Shown: positions 17,166-25,737 of the stretch, piece after piece
Layout of the letters: each line of letters starts with the position of its first letter
How positions within the stretch are numbered: position 1 is the first letter of the stretch
Origin: an uncultured Gammaproteobacteria bacterium
GTDB lineage: Bacteria; Patescibacteriota; Patescibacteriia; SG8-24
Length of the DNA stretch: 64,000 nucleotides
Assembly (NCBI GenBank): GCA_964491475.1
Contig: CAZBFO010000005.1
Location: forward strand, 841 to 64,840
Direction of reading: 5' to 3'
Notes under the pieces: model-generated
The model's database searches: none
What the model was told of the DNA's origin: nothing
What the model saw: the letters and a program-made list of their open reading frames with translations, nothing else
Program-made: the position numbers and the translations under genes

Positions 17166-18116
17166 ATGCCAAACACTCTCATCCTCATCGGACTCGTACT
17201 CGCCGTCGCCGCACCCATCTATGCGCTGTTTCAAATGAAGAAGCAGCTGCAGCAGATGAGCGATGCCCAAAGCAACGACAAAGGCCTAGTGATGCTCAAC
17301 CAGAACCTCAACACCCTCAACACCAAGCTCGACAAGACCAGCGACACCATCAACGAGCGCCTCACGAACGCGGCTAAGGTCATCTCGGCTGTCCAAAAGG
17401 AGCTGGGGACCGTCCAGGAGCGCTTCAAGGGTTTCGAGGAGTTCAACGAGCTGCTGCATCCCAAGATGCGCGGCAACATCGGCGAACAGATCCTGGCCGA
17501 CATGCTCGCGCAGGTCTTTCCGGCAGAGCAGTACATCCTCCAGCATAAGTTCAGGGGCGGGGACACCGTGGACGCAGCCATCAAGACCCAGGCCGGCCTG
17601 GTACCTGTCGACTCCAAGTTCCCGTTGGAGAACTTTCGCCAGCTCACTAGGGCCACCACGGACGAAGAAAAGAAGCTGGCGACCCGGGAGTTCGTCAAAA
17701 TGGTCAAAAAGCACATCGACGACATCAGCAAGAAGTACATCCTGCCGGACGAGGGGACTATGAACTTCGCCCTAATGTACGTTCCGTCCGAAAACATCTA
17801 CTACCACATCATCACCGACGACGAGAGCGATCTGCTTCAGTATTCCAAGTCCAAGAACATCCTGATGGTTTCGCCGCACAGCTTCTTTAGCTTTCTGCGG
17901 GTCATCATCATGGGGCTGGAACGCAGCAAATTGCAGGAGCAGGCCCAGAAAATTTGGGATATTTTGAAGGGCGTGCAGCAAGAGTCGCTGCGATTCGGGG
18001 AAACGGTCGGGGTGCTTTCCAGGCACGTCAACAACGCCAAGAATGCAATGGATACGGTTCACGCCGGCTACGACAAACTGAACGGCAAGCTGGAACAGGT
18101 TAAACTGTTAGAGTAG
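17166..18116 (+). CDS. rmuC: DNA recombination protein RmuC
   Basis: N-terminal TM, coiled-coil, then the conserved RmuC core (KMRGNIGEQILADML.., FALMYVPSENIYY..). Confidence 0.8.
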   Translation: MPNTLILIGLVLAVAAPIYALFQMKKQLQQMSDAQSNDKGLVMLNQNLNTLNTKLDKTSDTINERLTNAAKVISAVQKELGTVQERFKGFEEFNELLHPKMRGNIGEQILADMLAQVFPAEQYILQHKFRGGDTVDAAIKTQAGLVPVDSKFPLENFRQLTRATTDEEKKLATREFVKMVKKHIDDISKKYILPDEGTMNFALMYVPSENIYYHIITDDESDLLQYSKSKNILMVSPHSFFSFLRVIIMGLERSKLQEQAQKIWDILKGVQQESLRFGETVGVLSRHVNNAKNAMDTVHAGYDKLNGKLEQVKLLE

Positions 18117-18185
18117 TCCATCCCTTGACCGAAACCGGCTTCATAGGCTATTCTCCTCACATTCCCTAAATACTGCATTTCCACT

Positions 18186-18458
18186 ATGCCGATCAAGAAA
18201 GCAGCAATGAAGGCCCTGCGCCAGACCAAGAAGCGCACCCTTCGCAACCAGAAGGTGAAGGACGGTATCCAGTTCCTCCGCCGCTCGGTCCGCAAGGCGC
18301 TCGACGCCAAGGAGACCAAGAACGCCGAGGAGCTCGCCAAGGCCCTCATCAAGTCGCTAGACAAGGCCGTTCAAAACAACGTGCTCAAGAAGAACACCGT
18401 CGCCCGCCTCAAGTCCCGCCTCGCCAAGAAGGTCAACGCCCTCAAGGCCAAGAAGTAA
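18186..18458 (+). CDS. rpsT: 30S ribosomal protein S20
   Basis: MPIKKAAMKALRQTKKRTLRNQKVK.. is a typical S20. Confidence 0.85.
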   Translation: MPIKKAAMKALRQTKKRTLRNQKVKDGIQFLRRSVRKALDAKETKNAEELAKALIKSLDKAVQNNVLKKNTVARLKSRLAKKVNALKAKK

Positions 18459-18465
18459 GAGCTGC

Positions 18466-18491
18466 AAACCCCGCATATGCGGGGTTTTTGG
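18466..18491 (+). terminator. Rho-independent terminator of rpsT
   Basis: aaaccccgcat-atgcggggttttt. Confidence 0.7.
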
Positions 18492-18581
18492 TATGGAATG
18501 AGGGGAGAATTTCTCATTGTCTACCAAAGTGTAGACATCCAATTAAGTAACAAAAAAACTCCCACGGAAGGGGAGTCGCTT

Positions 18582-19433
18582 CTAGCGTCGCGGAAGCATG
18601 CGCCAAAAGTCAATCAGCAGGATCGAGAGGATCAGGGCGAAGATGACCACCGAGGTCAGTCCGCGATACGCTTTGACGGCGTACATGCCGAGCTTTCCCG
18701 GCAGTTTGCCCAAGAGCTCGTCTACCACCCGACCGCCGTCGAGAGGGAACAGCGGCAACAGGTTCATTCCGGCCACGGCCACGTTGATGACCGCGAAGAA
18801 GCCGAGAAAGAACTTGACCAATTCCAGGGCTGAACGCCCGTGACCGAAACCGCTTGCGCCCATCTGCGCGATGCCGATCGGACCGGCAGCGCCGCTGAAA
18901 AAGCTGGCAATGCCGTTCATGAGTCCGTAGCAGACGAGCGCCGGCGTGGCCAGCCACACCCCGAACGACGACAGGAAGGCGGCGACTAGGGGCCGCAGCG
19001 CGCGCGGCACATGCAGCGAGTTCGTAATCGTCACGATCTCCGCTGGTCCGGACCTCGTCCAGTAGAAGAGAATCGTGAAGGCCACGAAAGCCGCGCAGGC
19101 GTTAAAGAACATGCCGGCCATGTAGATCTTCACGCGCGCCCAAGTCGAAGCTCCCTCGATGGCACCCTCTGCTGGACGCGCGGCGCCGCCGATCAAAAAC
19201 AGCCTGACGCGGAACATCGTCCCGCTTTTCAGCTGCCTCTCGTAAAGAGTGGGGCCGAATCCGATGAAAAACTCCTCGACCTGCACGCCGTTGCGGCGCA
19301 TCAGCGTGTAGTGTCCGTATTCGTGGATGAGCACGATCAGACCGATGATGAGGATCGGCGGAATCACCGCGGGGCCGAACTTCAGCAGCAGGAATCCGTA
19401 GAGTGCCAGACCAAGAACGGTTGTAATCTTCAC
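18582..19433 (-). CDS. Site-2 protease (M50 family, minimal RseP-like, no PDZ)
   Basis: HEYGH zinc motif in TM1, LDGG motif, multi-pass membrane protein. Confidence 0.75.
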   Translation of the reverse strand: MKITTVLGLALYGFLLLKFGPAVIPPILIIGLIVLIHEYGHYTLMRRNGVQVEEFFIGFGPTLYERQLKSGTMFRVRLFLIGGAARPAEGAIEGASTWARVKIYMAGMFFNACAAFVAFTILFYWTRSGPAEIVTITNSLHVPRALRPLVAAFLSSFGVWLATPALVCYGLMNGIASFFSGAAGPIGIAQMGASGFGHGRSALELVKFFLGFFAVINVAVAGMNLLPLFPLDGGRVVDELLGKLPGKLGMYAVKAYRGLTSVVIFALILSILLIDFWRMLPRR

Positions 19434-19501
19434 CGCTGGCTCCTTGTTGCGGAGAAAAGGAACGTTTAAAAGAGCTTAAACCGACAAAAAACCGCCGTCA
19501 A

Positions 19502-20464
19502 TCAGGCGGCGGTCTTTGCGAGCCAGAGGCCGAGCAGGGCATTCGGCTGTGCGGCGCTGGTCTTCATCTTTAGTTCGATTTCCAGAAGCTCGTCGTATCT
19601 TAGTCGGAGCGCGGCGGGGGAATGCCTGCGTACCGCGTTCATGGCCTTGCTTGCCGGGAACGGGTGAATGCCGACTCGTTTTGCAACCGCGTTCTTGTCA
19701 CGTTCGCCGCGCTCAACCAAATCAGCAACGGCGATCATCGTCCGATACTGCTTTTCGAGCATGGCCACGACCTGCAGCGCCGATGTGCCGGAACCCAACA
19801 TTCGTTCCAACATCGCGGCCGCATCGGCGCACCTTCCTTCGGTGCAGGCATCGATGAGCGCGAACAGGGATTCCTCGCGCGTGCCCGGCACCAGCGTGTC
19901 GAGCATTTCGTCTGTCACTGCCGTTGTCCCATTTGCCTTGGCATAAGCACACAACTTTTCAATCTCTTCGTGCATCTGCCAGGAATCCTCGCCGACGATG
20001 CTCACCAAAGCGCGCGCTGACCTTGGCGACAGCGTGACGCCGCGGGCCGCGCATTCTTCTATCGCGAATTTCTCTAGATTCGGCCCGACCAGTTTCATGC
20101 ATTCCTCGGTGAATTTCTGCGCCTTCATCAATGGCAAAAGAGGGGACTTGGCCAATTCCTCCGAGCCGACATCCTCATAAAAGATGACGTTGGTGCTTTC
20201 CGGCTTGCGACCAAGCATCTCCTTAAGGCGTTCCTGCGAAGCTGCGGGAGCACGCAGAAAACCGTCTAAAATCAGCAGTTTTCGCTCGGCAAGGAAGGGC
20301 GAGGCGAAGAAAGACGCTGCCACTTCGTCCATGTCCGCGCCCTTTGCGCTGAACAGAACCGCGTTCAAGCCGGTCGAATCTCGCGTAGACGAAAAACGCT
20401 CCCGCATGGCCGAGAGCTTTTGTCGTGAACGGTAGGTGTCCTCACCGCACAGCAGGAAAAACAT
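19502..20464 (-). CDS. holA: DNA polymerase III delta subunit
   Basis: N-terminal LLxGxD..., size and overall similarity to HolA; directly adjacent to other replication genes. Confidence 0.6.
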   Translation of the reverse strand: MFFLLCGEDTYRSRQKLSAMRERFSSTRDSTGLNAVLFSAKGADMDEVAASFFASPFLAERKLLILDGFLRAPAASQERLKEMLGRKPESTNVIFYEDVGSEELAKSPLLPLMKAQKFTEECMKLVGPNLEKFAIEECAARGVTLSPRSARALVSIVGEDSWQMHEEIEKLCAYAKANGTTAVTDEMLDTLVPGTREESLFALIDACTEGRCADAAAMLERMLGSGTSALQVVAMLEKQYRTMIAVADLVERGERDKNAVAKRVGIHPFPASKAMNAVRRHSPAALRLRYDELLEIELKMKTSAAQPNALLGLWLAKTAA

Positions 20465-20479
20465 GCCGACAGCGTACAG

Positions 20480-21280
20480 CTAATGCCGGATAAAAGCCAT
20501 GATGATTTCGAAGACGATCAGCAGGATGACGGTCATTTCCAGAATCTCCGCGCGGCGGTGCTGCAGCGTGTCGAGCATCAGCTCCGAACTGTCTTGGATG
20601 AAGGTCAGCTTGAAGCGGATGGTGCTGAAGCGGTCGTCCAGCTCGAACATCTTGCGCATGTTGATGAACAGCGTCTCCGCCTCTTTGTCCTCCCAAACGA
20701 TGTCAGGCTTGTCGAGCAACGAAAGCTGTCCGACGATGAAGTTGACGATATTGCCGCTCATGCCGATGGTCTTCATGACCTCGCGCGGCGTTGCGATCAG
20801 CGTTCCCTTCGTGGCCAAGTTGATGTGAATCTTCTCGAAGCGCTGCAGGGACTCTTCTACCTGGTTCTCAAGGAAGTCGATAGCCACGGATTGGGCTACT
20901 ACGTGATACACCAACAGCAGCTTTTCAATGGCCAGGTTCTTAAGTCGGACCAAGTTGAACTCGACCGATTCTGGCTGGTCGGCCTCAATAACCACTCCGT
21001 ACTCCTCCACCGGCAACCCGGCCAAAGTGACACCCGGCTCGTCCTCACCCAGCTTGGAAAACCGCTTCAACAGGCGCTCCCTCTCTTTGCGATCGTCGAT
21101 GCCAAAGAGGGTCACCACCCCGAAAGAATACACGCAAATATGCTGGGTTTCCGAGTGTTTGAAAACCAGCAAGTTTCGCTCCTTCCGCCACAGCACCAAG
21201 TCGGGGTTTTTGGCCTCAACTTTGGCTAGGTTGAGCGAATGTTTGATGTAGTGAGCTGAAAGGGAGTATCGGGTCTCCAT
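20480..21280 (-). CDS. DUF155/RMD1-like (YagE family) protein with C-terminal TM helix
   Basis: About 260 aa with a single C-terminal TM (ILEMTVILLIVFEIIMAFI), the architecture typical of the DUF155 family; assigned from memory. Confidence 0.4.
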   Translation of the reverse strand: METRYSLSAHYIKHSLNLAKVEAKNPDLVLWRKERNLLVFKHSETQHICVYSFGVVTLFGIDDRKERERLLKRFSKLGEDEPGVTLAGLPVEEYGVVIEADQPESVEFNLVRLKNLAIEKLLLVYHVVAQSVAIDFLENQVEESLQRFEKIHINLATKGTLIATPREVMKTIGMSGNIVNFIVGQLSLLDKPDIVWEDKEAETLFINMRKMFELDDRFSTIRFKLTFIQDSSELMLDTLQHRRAEILEMTVILLIVFEIIMAFIRH

Positions 21281-21339
21281 AGGCCTCTAGGATACCTTTT
21301 TTCAACCCCACCGTCCACGGGCGTGCGTTTTTGAAATGG

Positions 21340-21600
21340 TGTGCGTGGGCTCTAGGTCCGGGCGGCGGGGCGGCCCTCGGGACACGCTTGCGGACGCGCT
21401 GCGGCGCGTCCTCGCTCGTCCTCGTGTAAAGTCGGCTGCGGCCGACTTTCACTGCGGATGGTCCCGAGGGGTGCCACCCGGTGCCGACCCAGCGCACGCC
21501 AGGCGATTTGAAGCGCACGTCAGTGAAGGGTGACCACTGACGATCGACGGGCGCCTCAACGACCACCTCAAAGAGTGGGGGGGCCCCGCGCGGCCGAGGT
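21340..21600. repeat. GC-rich structured intergenic repeat (copy A of a MITE/REP-like family)
   Basis: Core 21375-21425 is the reverse complement of 24489-24551. It contains the gtcggctgcggccgac hairpin plus ctgcggatggtccc, which are also found in copy C at 35119..35292. Spurious ORF 21336..21533(+) resembles spurious ORF 24384..24638(-) (TLADALRRVLARPR..CGWS). Confidence 0.55.
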
Positions 21601-21620
21601 GGCATCTCTTAGGACTTCTC

Positions 21621-24359
21621 TTAGGACTTCTTCATCTCACCCCATCGCACCCCCGTCGAGACGTTCGCCACAATCGGCACCGCCAGTTTCTTTACGTTCT
21701 CCATTATCGGTATGACTTTGGCGGTGAACTCGTCCACCAAATCCTTTTTGACTTCGAAGACCAGTTCGTCGTGCACTTGCAGGAGCATGCGTGCGCCAGC
21801 ATCGGCACCTTCGCCATAGCGCTCGGCGATGAGCTTGTCGATTTGGACCATGGCTATCTTGATCATGTCGGCGTTGGTGCCTTGGATCGGCATGTTGATG
21901 GCCTGACGCTCGGCTTCGGCGCGCTCGCGCGGATTCATGAATTGGACGTTCTTGAAGAAGCGCTTGCGTCCGAAGAGCGTTTCTACGAAGCCTTCCTTCA
22001 CGATCTGTTCCTTGATGTCCTCCATGTACTTGGCGATGCCTCTGTACAGCGCGAAGTATTTTTCAATGTATTCACGGGCGTCGGCAAAGGAAATTCCGGC
22101 GGCGTCGGAAAGACGGTTGGCGCCCATGCCGTAGAGAATGCCGAAGTTGATGACCTTGGCGATGCGGCGGTGCGAGCCCGCCTCCCTTTCGCCGAACATT
22201 TCGGCGGCGGTGCGCCAGTGAATGTCCTCGCCCTTCTTGAAGGCGTCGATCATCACCTTTTCGTGGGCGATGTGCGCGGCGATGCGCAACTCAATCTGGG
22301 AATAGTCTGCGGCCACGAGCACGTAACCCTTCGTAGCGACGAAACCGTTGCGGACGCGCTTGCCGTATTCCGTCTCGGACGTCGGAATATTCTGCATGTT
22401 CGGATTTGCAGAGGACAGACGGCCGGTGGCAGCGACGGTCTGGTTGAACTCGGCGTGAATGCGACCCGTCTTTGGGTGAACGTAACCCGGAATCGCCTCG
22501 ATGTACGTCGACTGCAGCTTGGCCAGTTCGCGATAACGGAGCACGTCATCAATGATCGGATGCGTACCCTTCAGCTTTTCCAGTTCTGACGCTGCCGTAG
22601 AAAGCGTTTTGTTCTTGGAAGTCTTCTTCAGACCTTCCGGCGAGATGCCGAGCTTCTCGAACAGCACAACCTTCAGCTGCGCAGGCGAGTTGATGTTGAA
22701 TTCTTCGCCCGCATGCTTGTAGATGGCCGCGACGATCTCCTTCAGTTCGGCACCCACGTCGACGGCGATCTTCTTGAAGTAGGGGACGTCGACGGCGATG
22801 CCGTTGCGCTCCATTCGCGCCAGCACGGCGGCCAGCGGCAATTCGATCTCTTCGTTCAGCTTCCGCAAGTCATCGCCGATCAAACGCTTCTCGAACGCCG
22901 AAGCCAGCGGGACGAAGTGCGGCAATTCGACGCTAAGGCGGGCAATGCGCGTTGCCGACGTATCCTCTTTGTCCTCATCAAGAGGAACTCCGCTTTCATA
23001 GGCCAAAATCGCGTTCAAGGCGTGGCGTCGTTCGCCGGAGTGCAGCAAATACGAGGCAATCATCAGGTCAAAAGCATCCGTCGGCAAGGGCAAATCGTTC
23101 GCCAGGAGCACCTTGATTTCGCGGCGCAAGTCGTGACAGACCTTCCTCTGTCGCGAGGCAAAAAACTTCGCCAACAAGGGCTTTCCGTCTTCGAAGGCGG
23201 CCTTGCTGATTACGTAGGTCTTCTTCGCATCGGCGAGGCCAAGCGCGGCGACCTTGGGAAAGGCCGGATCGGCATCTTCGGTTACGAAGCGGAAACCGAC
23301 CTCTGATGCCTTCGACAAAGTTGCCAATGCCGCGGTGAGAGATTTCGTATCGCGAACTTCAATCATGCCGGACAGCGGTGCAGCTGACGCTTGCGGCGCA
23401 TCGCCAAAAAGCGAAGCGTTCGCATTGGCCTTCGTTCCGGCAGCGCCCTCAACCTTCGGTTGCGCGGAAGGCATACGCTCCAGCAGCTTCATGAACTCCA
23501 GTTCCGTGAAAATTTCCGCGACCTTCTCGCGCGTGACCGGATGAAAAACGCACTCCTTCAATTTGAAATCCAAATCCACATCGCGTCGAATACGGCACAG
23601 GTCAAGGGCGACAAGCGCATCCTTTTTGCTGGCAATCAGTTTTTCGCGCACGCCAGCCTTCAGCGCCTGCGCCTTTTTGTCGTTCTTCTCCAACGACTTG
23701 TACAGATCCGGCACCGAGCCGAACTCGATGATCAGCTCCGACCCCGTTTTTTCACCGATGCCGCGCACGCCGGGAATGTTGTCCGACGGATCTCCGCGCA
23801 AGGCCTTGTAATCAATCAGCTGAATCGGCTTGAATCCAAAGCGTTCCTTCACCGCGGCAATGTCGTACACCACGGTGTCAGACATGCCTTTTCGCAGCGT
23901 GAAAACCCTGGTGCGATCGTCCACCAGCTGCAGCGTGTCCATGTCTCCGGTCACGATGATCACTTCCACGTCCTTGCTCTGCTTCTCGGCCTGCAGCGAC
24001 AGCGTGCCGATGACGTCGTCTGCCTCGAAACCCTGCACGGAAAAGACGGGAATCTCCATTGCCTGCAGAATCTTGCGGATAGGATTGACCTGTTCGTACA
24101 GCTCATCGGGCTTCTTTTCGCGCGTGGCCTTGTAGTCGGCGTACAGCTCGTTGCGGAAGGTGCCGCCGGCCAAATCAAAAGTCACCGCCATGTAGTCCGG
24201 CGAGAACTTCTTGATGGCGTTGAGCATGATGGTGGTGAACCCGTAGGCCCCATGCACCACCTGGCCGCTCTTGGTCTGCATCGGCGGCAAAGCATGCCAG
24301 GCGCGGTGAATCAGCGCGTGCCCGTCAATGATCAGGAAAAGTTTTTTGGAGGAAGGCAT
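21621..24359 (-). CDS. polA: DNA polymerase I (5'-3' exonuclease, 3'-5' exonuclease-like and polymerase domains)
   Basis: Conserved motifs RRxAKVINFGILYG and YSQIELR; 912 aa. Confidence 0.9.
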   Translation of the reverse strand: MPSSKKLFLIIDGHALIHRAWHALPPMQTKSGQVVHGAYGFTTIMLNAIKKFSPDYMAVTFDLAGGTFRNELYADYKATREKKPDELYEQVNPIRKILQAMEIPVFSVQGFEADDVIGTLSLQAEKQSKDVEVIIVTGDMDTLQLVDDRTRVFTLRKGMSDTVVYDIAAVKERFGFKPIQLIDYKALRGDPSDNIPGVRGIGEKTGSELIIEFGSVPDLYKSLEKNDKKAQALKAGVREKLIASKKDALVALDLCRIRRDVDLDFKLKECVFHPVTREKVAEIFTELEFMKLLERMPSAQPKVEGAAGTKANANASLFGDAPQASAAPLSGMIEVRDTKSLTAALATLSKASEVGFRFVTEDADPAFPKVAALGLADAKKTYVISKAAFEDGKPLLAKFFASRQRKVCHDLRREIKVLLANDLPLPTDAFDLMIASYLLHSGERRHALNAILAYESGVPLDEDKEDTSATRIARLSVELPHFVPLASAFEKRLIGDDLRKLNEEIELPLAAVLARMERNGIAVDVPYFKKIAVDVGAELKEIVAAIYKHAGEEFNINSPAQLKVVLFEKLGISPEGLKKTSKNKTLSTAASELEKLKGTHPIIDDVLRYRELAKLQSTYIEAIPGYVHPKTGRIHAEFNQTVAATGRLSSANPNMQNIPTSETEYGKRVRNGFVATKGYVLVAADYSQIELRIAAHIAHEKVMIDAFKKGEDIHWRTAAEMFGEREAGSHRRIAKVINFGILYGMGANRLSDAAGISFADAREYIEKYFALYRGIAKYMEDIKEQIVKEGFVETLFGRKRFFKNVQFMNPRERAEAERQAINMPIQGTNADMIKIAMVQIDKLIAERYGEGADAGARMLLQVHDELVFEVKKDLVDEFTAKVIPIMENVKKLAVPIVANVSTGVRWGEMKKS

Positions 24360-24400
24360 CGTATTTGAAACATTTAGCGCGAATCACACGATCATGTACC

Positions 24401-24601
24401 GGCGCCGCGAGCCGGGAGAGCGGGCGGCCAGCCGTGCGGCTGGGAAGGATCGCCCGAGGGACCATCCGCAGGAAACTTCGTCCGCAGGCGAAGTTATCCG
24501 AGGACGAGCGAGGACGCGCCGCAGCGCGTTCGCAAGCGTGTCCCACGGGTGACCTTCCCAGCCGCACGGCTGGCCGCCCGCTCTCCCGGCTCGCGGCGCC
24601 G
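24401..24601. repeat. GC-rich palindromic element with about 48-bp terminal inverted repeats (copy B, inverted relative to copy A)
   Basis: 24401-24449 (ccggcgccgcgagccgggagagcgggcggccagccgtgcggctgggaagg) is the perfect reverse complement of 24553-24601. The internal core matches copy A. Confidence 0.65.
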
Positions 24602-24837
24602 CCCCTCTAAAATCGTTCGCTCCGCTCACTTTTCTCAAAAAAGGATATCACGTCCACAAAAAAACGCCCCTCGTCGGAGAGAGCCGCTTTTCATGGAGGC
24701 CCAGGCGGGATTTGCACCCACGCATAAAGGTTTTGCAGACCTCTGCCTTACTACTTGGCTACTGGGCCGAATGGTTTTCAGCAGGGATATTTTTAGCACT
24801 TCCAGCGTAATGGTGCAACTTGTATACTTGCGGTCGT

Positions 24838-25737
24838 ATGCCCAACACCATTGTCGCCATCGATGCCGGCGGAACCAAGATCAGCTCTGCCTTGATTTCC
24901 TCGAAAGGAAAAATACTCAAGAAAGCCAAAATCCCCACCGAGGCCAGCAAGGGGAAGGAGGCGGTCATGGCGAATCTCATCAAGAGCGTCGACTCTGTTT
25001 TGCAAAAGGACACCGTCGCCATCGGTATCGGCATGGCCGGACTGATTGACGCCAAAAAAGGCGTTTTCCGCGTCGGTCCCAACTTCCCGAAGAACTTCAA
25101 AGACGTTCCCCTGGCCGCTTTGCTTAAAAAGCACTTCAAAAAGCCGGTTTCACTGGACAATGACGTCCATTGTTTTACGCTGGCTGAAGCAAAATTAGGC
25201 GCTGCTAAGCGAAAAAAAACGGTTGTTGGCATTACCCTTGGTACGGGAATTGGTGGGGGCATCGTCATTAACGGTGAGCTTTATCGCGGCCGCGACAACG
25301 CTGCGGGCGAAATCGGACACACCACCATCGGTCTAGGCTCAAAAGCGCTTTGCGGCTGTGGAAAATTCGGCCACTTCGAGGCTTATGCCTCCGGATCAGC
25401 CATGAGCCGACTTTATAAAGACATCACGGGCAAGTCCGTCGAACCTTTAGCCGTAGAAAATGCCGCAAAAAATGGCGATGTTGAGGCAAATAAAGTCTTT
25501 GATATCATGTCCACAGGCCTAGCTGACGGACTGGCCAACGTTATCCACCTCCTTAATCCGGACGTCATAGTAGTTGGCGGCGGATTGGCTCATGTTGATA
25601 TCTTGTGGAAACCTGCTATGAATAAGCTGTCCAAAAGCATTATTTTCCCTGAACTTCTCGATACTCCGGTGGTCCGATCCGTGCTTGCCGGTGACGCCAA
25701 CTTGCTCGGAGCAGCCCTGATTACCAAAAAACTGTGA
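24838..25737 (+). CDS. ROK-family sugar kinase (glucokinase-like)
   Basis: MPNTIVAIDAGGTK.., GIGMAGL.D, C..GCGK.GH..ASG Zn-binding motif. Confidence 0.75.
   Translation: MPNTIVAIDAGGTKISSALISSKGKILKKAKIPTEASKGKEAVMANLIKSVDSVLQKDTVAIGIGMAGLIDAKKGVFRVGPNFPKNFKDVPLAALLKKHFKKPVSLDNDVHCFTLAEAKLGAAKRKKTVVGITLGTGIGGGIVINGELYRGRDNAAGEIGHTTIGLGSKALCGCGKFGHFEAYASGSAMSRLYKDITGKSVEPLAVENAAKNGDVEANKVFDIMSTGLADGLANVIHLLNPDVIVVGGGLAHVDILWKPAMNKLSKSIIFPELLDTPVVRSVLAGDANLLGAALITKKL

Noticed and set aside
21336-24638. Similar small ORFs 21336..21533(+) and 24384..24638(-)
   Set aside because: Their similarity (TLA(D/N)ALRRVLARPR..CGWS) arises because both lie in inverted copies of the same GC-rich repeat element. 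Arg-rich, not genes.
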